Part shown: positions 40,000-50,620 of the stretch, in pieces
Numbering within the stretch: position 1 is the stretch's first letter
Layout of the letters: every line of letters begins with the position of its first letter
NCBI GenBank assembly: GCA_963841015.1
Contig: CAWJAX010000003.1
Span: 448,001 to 512,000 of the forward strand
DNA from: an uncultured Methanoregulaceae archaeon
Lineage (GTDB): Archaea; Halobacteriota; Methanomicrobia; Methanomicrobiales; Methanospirillaceae
Length of the DNA stretch: 64,000 nucleotides
Reading direction: 5' to 3'
The notes under the pieces: generated by a model
Seen by the model: the letters and a program-made list of their open reading frames with translations, nothing else
Told to the model about the DNA's origin: nothing
Database searches by the model: none
Made by a program: the position numbers and the translations under genes

Positions 40000-41919
40000 A
40001 TGCTGATTGAAGAACGGCTCAAAGAGCTTAAAGACAAGATTAATGAAAAAGTGCCGAGCGGCATTACGGTTACGCAGGTTGAATTCGAAGGGCCCGAGCT
40101 TGTCATCTACACAGATGACCCGAAACGGTTTGCAGATGAGGCTGATTTAATCAAGATTCTCGCCCGCGATCTGCGGAAGCGGATTGTGGTCCGGCCTACG
40201 ATACTCGAAGATCCGGAAAAGGCATACAATGAAATCAAGTCAGTTGTACCGGAAACCGCCGGGATTACCGATATCTTTTTTGACGCAGATACCGGCGAAG
40301 TCCTGATTGAAGCGGAAAAACCCGGTGTTGTCATAGGTAAAAACGGCGCTACGTTACGGGAAATCACCAAACATATCGGCTGGACTCCCAAAGTTGTCCG
40401 GACACCTCCTATCGAAAGTTCGACCGTCAAACAGGTAAGGCAATACCTGCGCTCCGTAAATGAGGAACGCAAGCAGTTCCTTCGTACAATCGGCAGACGA
40501 ATACACCGGGATATACCAGGAAAAGACGATACCGGCAAGGACACGGTGAAAAAGGACCAGTGGGTCAGGGTTACCATGCTCGGGTGCTGCCGGGAAGTCG
40601 GGCGGGCTGCATTCCTGCTTACTACCCCTCACAGCCGTGTACTGATTGACTGCGGGGAAAAACCGGACAATTCAAACGGGACTCCCTATCTCTATGTCCC
40701 CGAGATTCATCCTCTTGCCCAGCTCGATGCGGTTGTACTGACCCATGCTCACCTCGACCACTGTGCACTTATTCCTCTCCTCTACAAATACGGTTACGAA
40801 GGCCCGGTCTATTCGACACCGCCAACCCGTGACCTCTCGGCCATGCTCCAGCTCGATTACCTTGACGTGATCCACAAGGAAGACCGGAAAGTCCCCTACT
40901 CCTCAAATGAGGTCAAGACCTATATCCGGCACTCAATTACCCTTAATTATGGCAGCGTGACGGATATTGCCCCCGATATCAAACTCACCTTCCACAATGC
41001 CGGTCATATCCTGGGCTCGGCTATTGTCCACTTTCATATCGGTGACGGTTTGTACAATATTGCCTTCACCGGTGATTTCAACTACAGCAAGAGCCGCCTT
41101 TTCAACCCGGCAATCAACCAGTTCCCCCGGCTTGAAGCGCTCTTTATGGAGAGCACCTATGGGGGCTCAAATGATTTCCAGCCCGCCCGTTCGGATGCAG
41201 AAACAAAGTTATATGAAACGATCAATACCGTACTCTCCCGTGGCGGCAAGGTAATCATCCCTGCGTTCTCTGTCGGGCGATCCCAGGAAGTCATGCTCGC
41301 CCTTGAAGAAGGGATGCGTCTTGATAAAATCCCGAAAGGAAAGATCTATCTTGATGGAATGATCCGTGAGGCAACGGCAATCCACACCACCTATCCCGAA
41401 TACCTGAACACTGAACTCCGCAACCTGATCTTCCGTGAAGGCATGAACCCGTTCCTTGCCGAATGTTTCCAGCAGGTCGACAGTCAGGAACTGCGTGAAA
41501 AAGTGATGAACGGCGATCCGTGCGTGATAATTTCTACCAGCGGTATGCTGAATGGCGGACCGGTCATGGAGTATCTCCAGAACCTTGCACAGGAAGAGAA
41601 GAATGCTCTGGTTTTTGTCGGGTACCAGGCAGATGGCACCTATGGGAGGCGTATCCAGAAAGGATGGCGTGAGGTGCCGATGGGGCGCAAAGGTACCATT
41701 ACCATTAACCTTGAGATCGTTACTATTGACGGTTTTTCCGGTCACTCGGACCGTCGCCAGCTGATGAACTATATCGGTCAGATCCAGCCGCGTCCTGAGA
41801 AGATCTTCTGCATCCACGGAGATGAGAATAACACCATCGATCTCGCCAGTTCCATATACAAACGGTATCATATTGAGACGCACTCGCCGATGAATCTTGA
41901 AACGTACAGAATGGTCTGA
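40000..41919 (+). CDS. fttA: aCPSF1/FttA KH-beta-CASP ribonuclease (transcription termination factor)
   Basis: KH domains, HAHLDH, AGHILGS, MESTYG, FSGHSD, HGD; conserved psmB synteny. Confidence 0.96.
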   Translation: MLIEERLKELKDKINEKVPSGITVTQVEFEGPELVIYTDDPKRFADEADLIKILARDLRKRIVVRPTILEDPEKAYNEIKSVVPETAGITDIFFDADTGEVLIEAEKPGVVIGKNGATLREITKHIGWTPKVVRTPPIESSTVKQVRQYLRSVNEERKQFLRTIGRRIHRDIPGKDDTGKDTVKKDQWVRVTMLGCCREVGRAAFLLTTPHSRVLIDCGEKPDNSNGTPYLYVPEIHPLAQLDAVVLTHAHLDHCALIPLLYKYGYEGPVYSTPPTRDLSAMLQLDYLDVIHKEDRKVPYSSNEVKTYIRHSITLNYGSVTDIAPDIKLTFHNAGHILGSAIVHFHIGDGLYNIAFTGDFNYSKSRLFNPAINQFPRLEALFMESTYGGSNDFQPARSDAETKLYETINTVLSRGGKVIIPAFSVGRSQEVMLALEEGMRLDKIPKGKIYLDGMIREATAIHTTYPEYLNTELRNLIFREGMNPFLAECFQQVDSQELREKVMNGDPCVIISTSGMLNGGPVMEYLQNLAQEEKNALVFVGYQADGTYGRRIQKGWREVPMGRKGTITINLEIVTIDGFSGHSDRRQLMNYIGQIQPRPEKIFCIHGDENNTIDLASSIYKRYHIETHSPMNLETYRMV

Positions 41920-41927
41920 CGGTACCC

Positions 41928-43007
41928 ATGAGGACACATCTGTCCATCTTTTTTGGCATTTTTGCCGTGATGGCACTTTCCAATGCCATTGTTCCGGTGC
42001 TTCCGGCCTATGCTGAGGGATCTGCCCTTCAGGGAATCATCTATTCCGCATATTTTCTCGGAGCATTTGCGGCCACACTCCCGGCAGGTATCCTGTCTGA
42101 CCGGTATGGTCGTGTTCCCATCATACGCACCGGGCTGGTGATTACGGTTATAAGCGGGCTCCTTTTGTCGGTTCTTACAGCCCCGTTCCCCGTGATTGCC
42201 ATCCGTCTTTTAGAAGGAGTCGGGGCAGGATTCTTTGCAGCAGCTTCAATGGCCTGTGTCAATTCACTGCCGGACCATGAAAAAAAGAGCGGTTATTTCA
42301 TGGCATCACTCAACGCAGGACTCGTTACCGGGCTGGTTTTTGCCGGGTGGCTTGCAGCACATACGCTGGACCCGGCAACCGGGATACTGGTATTTGCGGG
42401 ACTCTCCATTATTCCGGCCGCAGCAAGTTTTTTTGTCCGGGAAACACCTGCAGTTACTCCCAAAGGGGATTACCAGGCACTTGTTTTTCTCCTGAAAGAC
42501 TATCGCTGGTTATGGTACTCTGCAGTAATCCTGATCGGTATTACCGGTGTTGTTACCTCGCTCTATCCGGAATTTTCCGGCTCTTCACCGGATAGCGTTG
42601 GCATCTGGATTTCCCTGATGAGTATTGCAACTATTGCCAGTGTACTGGTTGCATCACGGCTCTCGTTACCCCCCGTTCCGACTATCCGGTGGTCTGCAGT
42701 TTTCATGGTCATCGCGGTCATGGTTTCCTACTTCTCTCCGCTGGGTTTTATCATGGTCGGCATCGGTGCAGGGATTGTGATGATTGCCCAGATGGCTTTT
42801 CTTGCACAGGCAAAGGGCCACCAGGGAGTTGCCATGGGATTATTCTCCACGGCAACCTATCTGGGTATGACGCTGCTTCCCGTCATTACCGGAGTACTGG
42901 CAGATTCGGCCGGCTTTTTTTTCGCGTTTTGTGTTACTGCTCTCTTTGCGGGGACGGTTTTTCTTACGATTGAGCGCTGCGAATGCCGGTTGCACAGGAC
43001 ACCGTAG
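41928..43007 (+). CDS. MFS transporter
   Basis: AGILSDRYGR motif, IRLLEGVGAG, many TM helices. Confidence 0.88.
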   Translation: MRTHLSIFFGIFAVMALSNAIVPVLPAYAEGSALQGIIYSAYFLGAFAATLPAGILSDRYGRVPIIRTGLVITVISGLLLSVLTAPFPVIAIRLLEGVGAGFFAAASMACVNSLPDHEKKSGYFMASLNAGLVTGLVFAGWLAAHTLDPATGILVFAGLSIIPAAASFFVRETPAVTPKGDYQALVFLLKDYRWLWYSAVILIGITGVVTSLYPEFSGSSPDSVGIWISLMSIATIASVLVASRLSLPPVPTIRWSAVFMVIAVMVSYFSPLGFIMVGIGAGIVMIAQMAFLAQAKGHQGVAMGLFSTATYLGMTLLPVITGVLADSAGFFFAFCVTALFAGTVFLTIERCECRLHRTP

Positions 43008-43067
43008 TCATCATGCGAAAAAAACAATACATTCATCTGCGATCAAGGGAAATTTCGTCATGAGATT

Positions 43068-44048
43068 ATGAAATCAAAGGCACTATTTCTGGTCTTTCTT
43101 CTCATCCTTGTGAGTATCCCGGGGGTGCATGGAGAAGATGCTCTGGACTGGTACACACGGGGACAGTACGCTCTCGGATTGGGGAATTATGCTGATGCCC
43201 TGGCCAATTTCGACAAGGCTCTTGCTGTTGACAAAAATTATGCCCTTGCGCTATCAGGAAAGGCAGTTGCCCTGAATGGCCTTGGAAACCATGCTGACGC
43301 AATCATTGCAGCAGAAAAGGCAATTGCCATAAAACCATCTGACCAGAATGCCCTGAATGCACGGGCATTCGGCCTACTCAAAACAGGACGGTATGCAGAA
43401 TCAGCAGCTGCCTATGATACACTCTTTTCGGTGGGGTTCGTCCGTGCCGATGCCTACTGCAACCAGGGCTATGCCTACCTTATGGTGAACAAATCTGAAA
43501 ATGCAGTTATCTCCTTTGAAAAGTGTACGGCAATTGACCAGTCAAATCTCGATGGATGGAACCAGAAAGGTCTCGCACTTATGAATCTCGGTAAATACCA
43601 GGATGCTCTGACGGCCTACGATGAAGCAACCTCCATCTCTGTCAAGAATGCCGAGCTCTGGAACAACAAAGGATTAGCATATGCAGCCCTTGGAAGGTAC
43701 CAGGACGCACTCCAGAGCTTCAACAAGGCGCTGGGATTAAAACCGGATTTTGCTGACGCACTGAAGAATAAGGAGAGCGTGATGGGAAAAGTACAGGTGG
43801 TTACGTATTATGGAACCGTCACCCCGACCGTTACGGTAAGTCGTATCGGAACGTTTTTTACCACGGTGACGCCTTCCCCGCTCCCAACAGAGGTCACTCC
43901 ACAGGTTACGGTTACCGGAGAACCACAAAAAACAACGGTCCCGGTTGCTAAAAAGACGACATACACCCCGGTTTCACCTTTCACGGCACTTGCTGGTGTA
44001 TTCATTGTCTGCGGTTTCATGCTTGCGGCAAACCGTATCAGAAAATAA
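43068..44048 (+). CDS. Secreted TPR protein with Thr-rich linker and C-terminal anchor
   Basis: Signal peptide; TPR repeats (WNNKGLAYAALGRYQDAL); TTYTPVS-TM-RIRK. Confidence 0.88.
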   Translation: MKSKALFLVFLLILVSIPGVHGEDALDWYTRGQYALGLGNYADALANFDKALAVDKNYALALSGKAVALNGLGNHADAIIAAEKAIAIKPSDQNALNARAFGLLKTGRYAESAAAYDTLFSVGFVRADAYCNQGYAYLMVNKSENAVISFEKCTAIDQSNLDGWNQKGLALMNLGKYQDALTAYDEATSISVKNAELWNNKGLAYAALGRYQDALQSFNKALGLKPDFADALKNKESVMGKVQVVTYYGTVTPTVTVSRIGTFFTTVTPSPLPTEVTPQVTVTGEPQKTTVPVAKKTTYTPVSPFTALAGVFIVCGFMLAANRIRK

Positions 44049-44052
44049 CCAT

Positions 44053-44074
44053 TCTCTTTTTTTTCATTTTTTTT
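44053..44074 (+). terminator. Oligo-T archaeal terminator
   Basis: TTCTCTTTTTTTTCATTTTTTTTG directly after the stop codon. Confidence 0.5.
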
Positions 44075-44220
44075 GATGCGGAGAAATCAAATAGAAAACT
44101 TTCATAGCGCTCTTGGGGGGCTTTTTGCATATATTGCTCTCAACGCCCCCAGTCGGACTCCCCAAATCCAAGAATTGTTCTAAAAAAGGTAATACTGCAC
44201 TATGTTTTAAAAAAAAAAGG

Positions 44221-44466
44221 TTTCCTATGAAAATTGTAGTATTCAGATATGATTCGGAAATTATTATCACTCTATCCATCTGGTAGGATGAATGCCGCCA
44301 CCCCCGACGGGGCGCCCCCGTTGCGGATCAATGACCAAAAAATTTAAAAAAACTCCCTGCCCCGCCGTGCCTCGGAGAGGCCCTGAGGCGGGAGTCCTTC
44401 GTATAAAATAAGATTTTCATGGTTCAGGAGCGAACCGAATCGATTCATGTCTGTTTTTTACCCGGC
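44221..44466 (-). mobile_element. MITE family 1, module A copy (very close to the 17040 copy)
   Basis: Long near-identical stretch, e.g. ATTATTATCACTCTATCCATCTGGTAGGATGAATGCCGCCACCCCCGA = reverse complement of ~17200-17250. Confidence 0.8.
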
Positions 44467-44511
44467 AAATTTTTTGAATTTTTTTGTGAGGTATTATAGA
44501 TGATGATTATA

Positions 44512-44612
44512 ATTGTGGAAGGAACCATACCTGTCCCCTCCAGGGTCTGTTTTTTGAGTGGAACATTGAGGAGCGTAGTAAAGGGGGAGGTAAAACCCCA
44601 CAAGGCGTTCAA
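44512..44612 (-). repeat. Degenerate MITE family 1 module B remnant
   Basis: CCTGTCCCCTC and GGTAAAACCCC..GCGTT blocks in the same order as in the 63251 and 30418 copies. Confidence 0.4.
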
Positions 44613-44644
44613 ATTCCTGAACACATCTGATAATAAAGCGCCCA

Positions 44645-45823
44645 TTATGCATCTTTACCGGCATACGCAGTCATTATTCCCGCATACACCTCAGAGGCCT
44701 TCTTCAGGTCCTCAATCTTAACCCGTTCATTCACTGCGTGCAGGGTTGAAATCTCACCGGGCCCGTACTCGATCACATTAAATCCGCACAGGCGGAGGTG
44801 ACGGGCATCGCTCGCCGCCCACTGGACAATCGGGAAGACCGGTCCGCCCTGCACCCGCTCCACTTCATTACAGGTAACCGCAACAAGACGGCATGAGGGA
44901 TCAGTCATTGAGGGTTCATGAGTTGTCTGTGATACGATTTTCCCGAAGGGGGAGTGGGATTTTATCTCTTCAACAAGATCCGGAATTGAACAACCCCACG
45001 GTATCCTGAGTTCAAGGTCAAGATCACAGTGTTGTGCAACAACGTTTGACTTCTCTCCACCCCGTATGATCCCCGGGTTATACATCAGTTTTTTCAGGAC
45101 CTCTTTCACATTATGGATGTGGAATTCCTTTTCAAGGACACCTGAAGAACGTTCAATGATCTCTTTTACCCGCTCATCAACGGGATATTCCCGGTTATGC
45201 ATCGCTTTTACCTTTTCAAGGAGGGATAGTGCTTCCATAACTGCACTCACCCCAACCGCGGGGTAAAGGGAACCATGTGCCGGGGTCCCGTTGAATTTCA
45301 TCTCGAGCCGGCAAAGCCCTTTTTGTCCGATGCAGGGATGACGAACCGGTGAGGGTTCAGCAATGAGGCAGTCTGTGGGTCTGATCATTTTTTTTGCAAG
45401 AAGATACCGTATTCCGTGCTCACCCCCGGTCTCTTCATCGCAGACAAATGCACAGGTTGCCGGCACTTCCCTACCCTTGTCAACCAGTATCTGGCAGGAG
45501 GCAAGCAGCGATGCACAGCCTCCCTTCATATCCGTAGCGCCCCGCCCCCACACATAACCGTCCTGGATAGTTCCGGAAAAGGGAGGGTATGTCCACCCTT
45601 CATCCAGTGCCGGTACGACGTCCACATGCCCGCAGAAGAGAAGCCGGTTGCCGGTTCCGGTGGTTATCAGGTTATTTTCTCCTGATTTGGTCAGGGTAAT
45701 TTTCGATCTGATTCCTAAGGTATCGAGAAACGTTCTGATATATTCGATAACTTCAGCTGTACTCCCGGGAGGATTTTCACTCCTGATCGCAACAAGTTCA
45801 GAGCAGATACGGCTGACATTCAT
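44645..45823 (-). CDS. M20 family metallopeptidase (ArgE/DapE-like)
   Basis: GHVDVVP, GRGATDMKGG, DEETGG, AEPS, HAVNE. Confidence 0.93.
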   Translation of the reverse strand: MNVSRICSELVAIRSENPPGSTAEVIEYIRTFLDTLGIRSKITLTKSGENNLITTGTGNRLLFCGHVDVVPALDEGWTYPPFSGTIQDGYVWGRGATDMKGGCASLLASCQILVDKGREVPATCAFVCDEETGGEHGIRYLLAKKMIRPTDCLIAEPSPVRHPCIGQKGLCRLEMKFNGTPAHGSLYPAVGVSAVMEALSLLEKVKAMHNREYPVDERVKEIIERSSGVLEKEFHIHNVKEVLKKLMYNPGIIRGGEKSNVVAQHCDLDLELRIPWGCSIPDLVEEIKSHSPFGKIVSQTTHEPSMTDPSCRLVAVTCNEVERVQGGPVFPIVQWAASDARHLRLCGFNVIEYGPGEISTLHAVNERVKIEDLKKASEVYAGIMTAYAGKDA

Positions 45824-45840
45824 ACGGGACACCTTACGGG

Positions 45841-46344
45841 TTATGAGCACGAAGCACTATAGGTTTTAAACAGCATCGAGAGCGAAGCATCTTCGTACAG
45901 GCTTTTTAAGAATTCCGTTTCAAAGAATTCGTCTATAATAACATAGAAGAAGTCGATCGGCAGGAGGTTTCTGCTGTCCGGGTCAAGAACAATCCGGAAA
46001 CTCCGATAACTTGCCGGATCCTCTTCATCGTAAATCATCTGCCAGAGCGAAGGCAGACGGGCAAACTTCTCCGGGCGGTTCTCCTTAAGCCAGCCCATAA
46101 ATCCGGAAAATTTCGCACGGTCCCCTTTTTTCTCTTCATCAATACGCCACCGCAGGTACTCTCCGCCCATGATGTTTTTCGGCGAGAGGATATTGAAGGC
46201 ATAGATACCCGCAGTGTAATCGATATGGGCAAGGGAATCGATCAGGTAAAAATAGAGGACTTTATTAAACTGTCCGGGGTCCTGGAGGATCAGGGTTTTT
46301 TCATACAGGTAGGAAAGAACCGACAGGAACTCATTTTCTTCCAT
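45841..46344 (-). CDS. Hypothetical protein
   Basis: 167-aa ORF with AGAGG RBS, coupled to the M20 gene. Confidence 0.7.
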   Translation of the reverse strand: MEENEFLSVLSYLYEKTLILQDPGQFNKVLYFYLIDSLAHIDYTAGIYAFNILSPKNIMGGEYLRWRIDEEKKGDRAKFSGFMGWLKENRPEKFARLPSLWQMIYDEEDPASYRSFRIVLDPDSRNLLPIDFFYVIIDEFFETEFLKSLYEDASLSMLFKTYSASCS

Positions 46345-46440
46345 AGCCTCTTTATTCGTGCCGGAGTTGTAAATAATTGCCGTTTATAAAAAAATCGAAA
46401 CGGTGATTCAGGCTACCGTTCGTGACGATAGCATTCACTA

Positions 46441-47319
46441 TTATTTATAAAATGGCTCCCGGAGCGATACCGCTTTTTTGAACAATGCTTCGAGTTCCGC
46501 ACCTTTCTTACCACGGACGTCGATGTGGTTGTCAGTGCGCAGCAGGCAGGGTTTGAGTTGCCCGTCAGAAGTAACCCTGAGGCGGTTGCAGAAAGCGCAG
46601 AACTCGGTATTATGGAGCGGGCGGACAACTTCGACTTCAGCACCGTCAAGGCAATATTTTTTCCGGTGGTGCATCCTCCGGGTGATGATCTGTTTTGAAC
46701 GGGAAGCGAGGGAATCCTCCAGCCCATGTAAGTCCCCATGGTAGCTGCAGTCATTGAAATGCATCAGTTCAATCAACTGCAGGACAAGATTCCGGTTGCC
46801 CCTGACATAAGCAAGGAAATCATCAATCTCATTGTCATTGACACCCTCCAGGACGACCATGTTCAGCTTCACCGGTGTAAGTCCGCAATCGAGTGCAGCA
46901 TCAATACCAGCGAGTACATCACTCAGCCGATCGATGCCGGTGATCCTTTTATAGGTATCCGGATTCAGGCTGTCGAGGCTTACATTAACCCTCCTGAGGC
47001 CTGCAGCTTTGAGATTAGATGCACAATCAGCGAGAAGAGTGCCGTTGGTGGTCAGAGATGATTCCATACCACCAGGTACTGATTGTACAATTTCAATAAG
47101 ATCCGGACGAAGCAACGGTTCGCCGCCGGTAAATTTTACGCTGCGAATTGCAAATGTGGCCGCAACCTTCAGTATCTCTGCAATCTCCCCGGCAGATATC
47201 TGATCCTTGGGAGATTTTTCCCCCTCTTTATGGCAGTATATGCAGGAAAGGTTACACGCGGGGGTAAGACTTATCCGAAGGTTGCTCACCGGGCGGTTAT
47301 AGGGGTCTTTAAGGATCAT
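46441..47319 (-). CDS. moaA: GTP 3',8-cyclase
   Basis: CNLSCIYC, FTGGEP, FCAFCNRLRVT..KPCL. Confidence 0.96.
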   Translation of the reverse strand: MILKDPYNRPVSNLRISLTPACNLSCIYCHKEGEKSPKDQISAGEIAEILKVAATFAIRSVKFTGGEPLLRPDLIEIVQSVPGGMESSLTTNGTLLADCASNLKAAGLRRVNVSLDSLNPDTYKRITGIDRLSDVLAGIDAALDCGLTPVKLNMVVLEGVNDNEIDDFLAYVRGNRNLVLQLIELMHFNDCSYHGDLHGLEDSLASRSKQIITRRMHHRKKYCLDGAEVEVVRPLHNTEFCAFCNRLRVTSDGQLKPCLLRTDNHIDVRGKKGAELEALFKKAVSLREPFYK

Positions 47320-47911
47320 GTTGATCTTGTGTGCCTTTGAAATTCTTAGCCACGATATAGAGCTCGGTACTCCCTTTGCGCGTGGATCGGGTGATGCAGG
47401 TTTTCACGGAATAGAACTGTTCCTTCGTCATGGCATACAGCTCAGGAAAATCCGTACCCTGGAAGGATTTCACCACAAAATTTCCGCCTTGTTTTAAGAC
47501 TTTGCAGGCAAACGCCAGTGCCTGTTCATTCAGCTCGATGATACGTGCCTGGTCGTAACTCTTGTGCCCGGAGAGCTTGGGTGCCGCATCACAGACTACT
47601 ACATTGACGATACCGAGCATGGATCGAACCTTCTCCTGCACTTCAGGATCGTTGAGGTCCCCTTCAATTGTTTCCACCCCATCAAGTGCGGCAATCTGAT
47701 TGAGATCAATGCCCACAACTTTTGCCTGCGTGAGCGTCCGCTCCACCTGCAGCCAGCTTCCGGGAGCTGCGCCCAAATCGACAATATTGTCATCTGGCCG
47801 GATAATGGCAAACTTCTTCTGGATCTCGAGGAGCTTGTAGGCTGCCCGGGAACGGTATCCCTCGTGTTTTGCCCTTACATGTGTCCGGTCATTTCCCCAT
47901 TGTGAACCCAT
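47309..47911 (-). CDS. rlmE: 23S rRNA Um2552 methyltransferase
   Basis: YRSRAAYKL, DLGAAPGSW, DAAP, STELY. Confidence 0.95.
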   Translation of the reverse strand: MGSQWGNDRTHVRAKHEGYRSRAAYKLLEIQKKFAIIRPDDNIVDLGAAPGSWLQVERTLTQAKVVGIDLNQIAALDGVETIEGDLNDPEVQEKVRSMLGIVNVVVCDAAPKLSGHKSYDQARIIELNEQALAFACKVLKQGGNFVVKSFQGTDFPELYAMTKEQFYSVKTCITRSTRKGSTELYIVAKNFKGTQDQHDP

Positions 47912-48066
47912 TGTCCTGATCGTGCCTCTTTTTTAGTCGGGATACTATCCCAAAACGCTGTGTTATTGTGTGACTGCATATCGTATAATAGATTGGATTT
48001 ACCAACACGGGATAGTAAATACCTTTCTTTCTGGAATCCGATCAGGGAAAAGGGTAATCTTTTCCC

Positions 48067-48265
48067 GGCCCTGGAGAGATGGTTGATAATAAGCTAAACG
48101 CTCAACCATGGTTTCACTCCTCCGCTTCGGCCCCTTTTTAATGTGCGATAGATCCCGAACGGGGAATTCATCATCATAGCAGGAGGTTCAAGTGTGGCAG
48201 GGAAGGACCGGCACGGTACCCTCCGTTATCGTATCAGTGTTTTGTATTTCATATCAAAATACAAA
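48067..48265 (+). repeat. Diverged MITE family 1 module B copy
   Basis: GCTAAACGCTCAA..GGTTTCACTCC.CCGCT ... ATTTCATATCAA collinear with 17300-17460. Confidence 0.65.
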
Positions 48266-48381
48266 ACAATATTCAAAAATTATGCAATTCCCGTTTTTGT
48301 TAATACGATAAAACGGGCTGCAGCACGAGTGATAGCTGATTTCAGAACAAGACCGGATATACTTTCCTGCCTTAAAGAGCA

Positions 48382-48795
48382 TTACAAAAGTTCACCTTCG
48401 TACATCATCTCGCCGGAATCCCCATTCACCTGGACCTGGACTCCACTCCGCAACCGGTTCATAGGGATGTCAATATGATCGATCATCGGAATCTCCCCGA
48501 TGATTGCACCCGTGGCGATGATAGGTTCAGCCTCGGTATTAACAATCGCTGCCGGGGCATGCCTGTTCCGGCTCAAAGCATAGAGAACATAGGAGCCAAC
48601 CGTTGAGCCCTTGCCGTAAGGAAAGGCAAGAACCGTTCCGGCAATACACGCGCCCTGGAGCGGGTGGCCTTTCTCGACTATGATCCCGGATTCGGGATCA
48701 ACTCCCGATAAGAATGATAGTGGTACCGGGCTGACCAGCAGGGGACCCTTCCCCCGCCCTCCTGCAATTCCTCTTCCCCTGATGAGCAATATCAC
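48382..48795 (-). CDS. DUF126 / AcnX swivel subunit (phosphomevalonate dehydratase small-subunit-like)
   Basis: SFLSGVDP..G, GHPL.G, FPYGKGSTVGS, APAAIV. Confidence 0.88.
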   Translation of the reverse strand: MILLIRGRGIAGGRGKGPLLVSPVPLSFLSGVDPESGIIVEKGHPLQGACIAGTVLAFPYGKGSTVGSYVLYALSRNRHAPAAIVNTEAEPIIATGAIIGEIPMIDHIDIPMNRLRSGVQVQVNGDSGEMMYEGELL

Positions 48796-48833
48796 ACCTA
48801 ATAAATGTTTGAAGATTACACTATAAGAGTAAT

Positions 48834-49994
48834 ATGGAAGAGACTTCCGTCAATAATACTGCGCCTTCAACTGAGCTCAAATACCAGATCCAGCTCAACG
48901 AGCTTGAAGCCAGCCTGCTCGACATGAAGGTGAAGGTTGACGAACTCGTAAAGGAGAATGCCCAGCTCCGGCGGGAGAACAACCAGCTCAAGCGTATGCC
49001 GCTGTTTGTTGCCGTTATCGTTGATATCCTGGATAACGGTGAAATTTACCTCCGTCAGCAGGGGAATAACCAGGAATACCTTACTACGGCAACTGAAGAA
49101 ATCCGCCCGCTCTTAAAACCCGGCGCCAAGGTCGCCGTCAACAACGCGCTGTCTATTGTCAAGGTAATTGGCAACATATACGATTCACGCATCCGGGTCA
49201 TGGAGCTCGAGGTATCACCGGAAACCAGCTATGCCCAGATAGGGGGTCTTGCTGATGTAATAAAAGAAGTGCGCGAAGCCGTGGAGTACCCGCTGACCAA
49301 ACCGGAGATATTCGAGCGTATCGGTGTGGAACCCCCCAAGGGCATTTTACTCTACGGCCCGCCAGGAACCGGAAAAACCCTGATCGCAAAAGCGGTGGCT
49401 CATGAGGCACATGCGACGTTCATCCGGATGTCCGGGAGTGAACTGGTCCACAAGTTTATCGGAGAAGGCGCCGGGCTTGTCCGCGAACTGTTCATGCTTG
49501 CCCGCGAACGTGCACCTGCCATCGTCTTCATTGATGAGATCGATGCGGTCGGAAGCACGAGAACCCATGACGGTACATCAGGAAGTGCCGAAGTGCAGCG
49601 TACGCTCATGCAGCTCCTTGCCGAGATGGACGGGTTTGACAACCGTGGAGATGTGCGCATTATGGCAGCAACCAACCGCCCGGACATGCTGGATCCGGCC
49701 CTTCTGCGACCGGGGAGGTTTGACCGGGTGATCGAGATCCCCCTTCCGGATAAGGATGCACGGCTCCAGATCCTCAGAATTCACTCGCGCAAGATGCACC
49801 TTGACAATGTGAACCTGGAAGAACTCGTGGATATGACCGATAATACTACAGGAGCTGAACTCGAAGCTGTCTGCCGTGAGGCTGGTATGATGGCCGTGAG
49901 AAGGGAAGCGGTGTGCGTTGAGATGGTAGATTTCATCGACGCTGTCCACAAAGTGAAGAACGAGATCATTACCGACAACCGCATGTATACGTAA
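48834..49994 (+). CDS. pan: Proteasome-activating nucleotidase
   Basis: Coiled coil-OB-AAA; GPPGTGKT, KFIGEG, FIDEID, LDPALLRPGRFDR; C-terminal MYT HbYX. Confidence 0.95.
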   Translation: MEETSVNNTAPSTELKYQIQLNELEASLLDMKVKVDELVKENAQLRRENNQLKRMPLFVAVIVDILDNGEIYLRQQGNNQEYLTTATEEIRPLLKPGAKVAVNNALSIVKVIGNIYDSRIRVMELEVSPETSYAQIGGLADVIKEVREAVEYPLTKPEIFERIGVEPPKGILLYGPPGTGKTLIAKAVAHEAHATFIRMSGSELVHKFIGEGAGLVRELFMLARERAPAIVFIDEIDAVGSTRTHDGTSGSAEVQRTLMQLLAEMDGFDNRGDVRIMAATNRPDMLDPALLRPGRFDRVIEIPLPDKDARLQILRIHSRKMHLDNVNLEELVDMTDNTTGAELEAVCREAGMMAVRREAVCVEMVDFIDAVHKVKNEIITDNRMYT

Positions 49995-50041
49995 ATAACG
50001 CATACGTCCGTTGTATCATTCATTTTTTATCGGAGACCCGG

Positions 50042-50545
50042 ATGAATATCCTCTTGATTCAGCGGGACGGAGTCGATCTCCACCATACTCTTTTTGCATC
50101 AGAGACCAGTCGTATGGCATTGCGCTTTTATCACCCGAAAAAAAAGTCATGCGGGGTATATATTACGGTATCAACACTCGGAAGCGCCTTATCTCTTATT
50201 TCAGAACTGCGCTGGTATATCCGTCGCTATGTCAAAGAAACGCTGTTTGAAGTGACCCCCGGAATATATTGCACCCATACACTGGCACAGGACGTGTATT
50301 ACGAGCGTACTACGGTTCTTGGACCGGCGTGGCCATTCCGCCGGCTCTATGGATTCCGCCAGGGAAAACTGATCAGCAGGGTCGTGATGTCACCGGGATC
50401 AACCATCGAAGAATATCACCAGGAATATGCCGGTATTGACCGATCGATCGAGATTTGGTGCACCGAAGATGAAGTGGAAGAGGGTGAACCCATGGCAGAA
50501 GAAACCGGGGATGACGATGCTGCTCTGCCAGGAGAGGACGAATAG
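50042..50545 (+). CDS. Conserved methanogen hypothetical protein (DUF5804-like)
   Basis: DLHHTLFASETSR.ALRFY, SELRWYIRRY. Confidence 0.7.
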   Translation: MNILLIQRDGVDLHHTLFASETSRMALRFYHPKKKSCGVYITVSTLGSALSLISELRWYIRRYVKETLFEVTPGIYCTHTLAQDVYYERTTVLGPAWPFRRLYGFRQGKLISRVVMSPGSTIEEYHQEYAGIDRSIEIWCTEDEVEEGEPMAEETGDDDAALPGEDE

Positions 50546-50620
50546 GTACCGGGCAGCCCCGTTCCATGGATTCAGACTCCAATAGAAAAGATTTTCATCG
50601 TTCATCAGGATGATCAATAC

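Noticed and set aside
1365-47955. TATCCCAAAA 10-mer in three intergenic regions (1365 reverse, 32201, 47946)
   Set aside because: Short, AT-rich and chosen post hoc; flanks do not align and no paired ends were found
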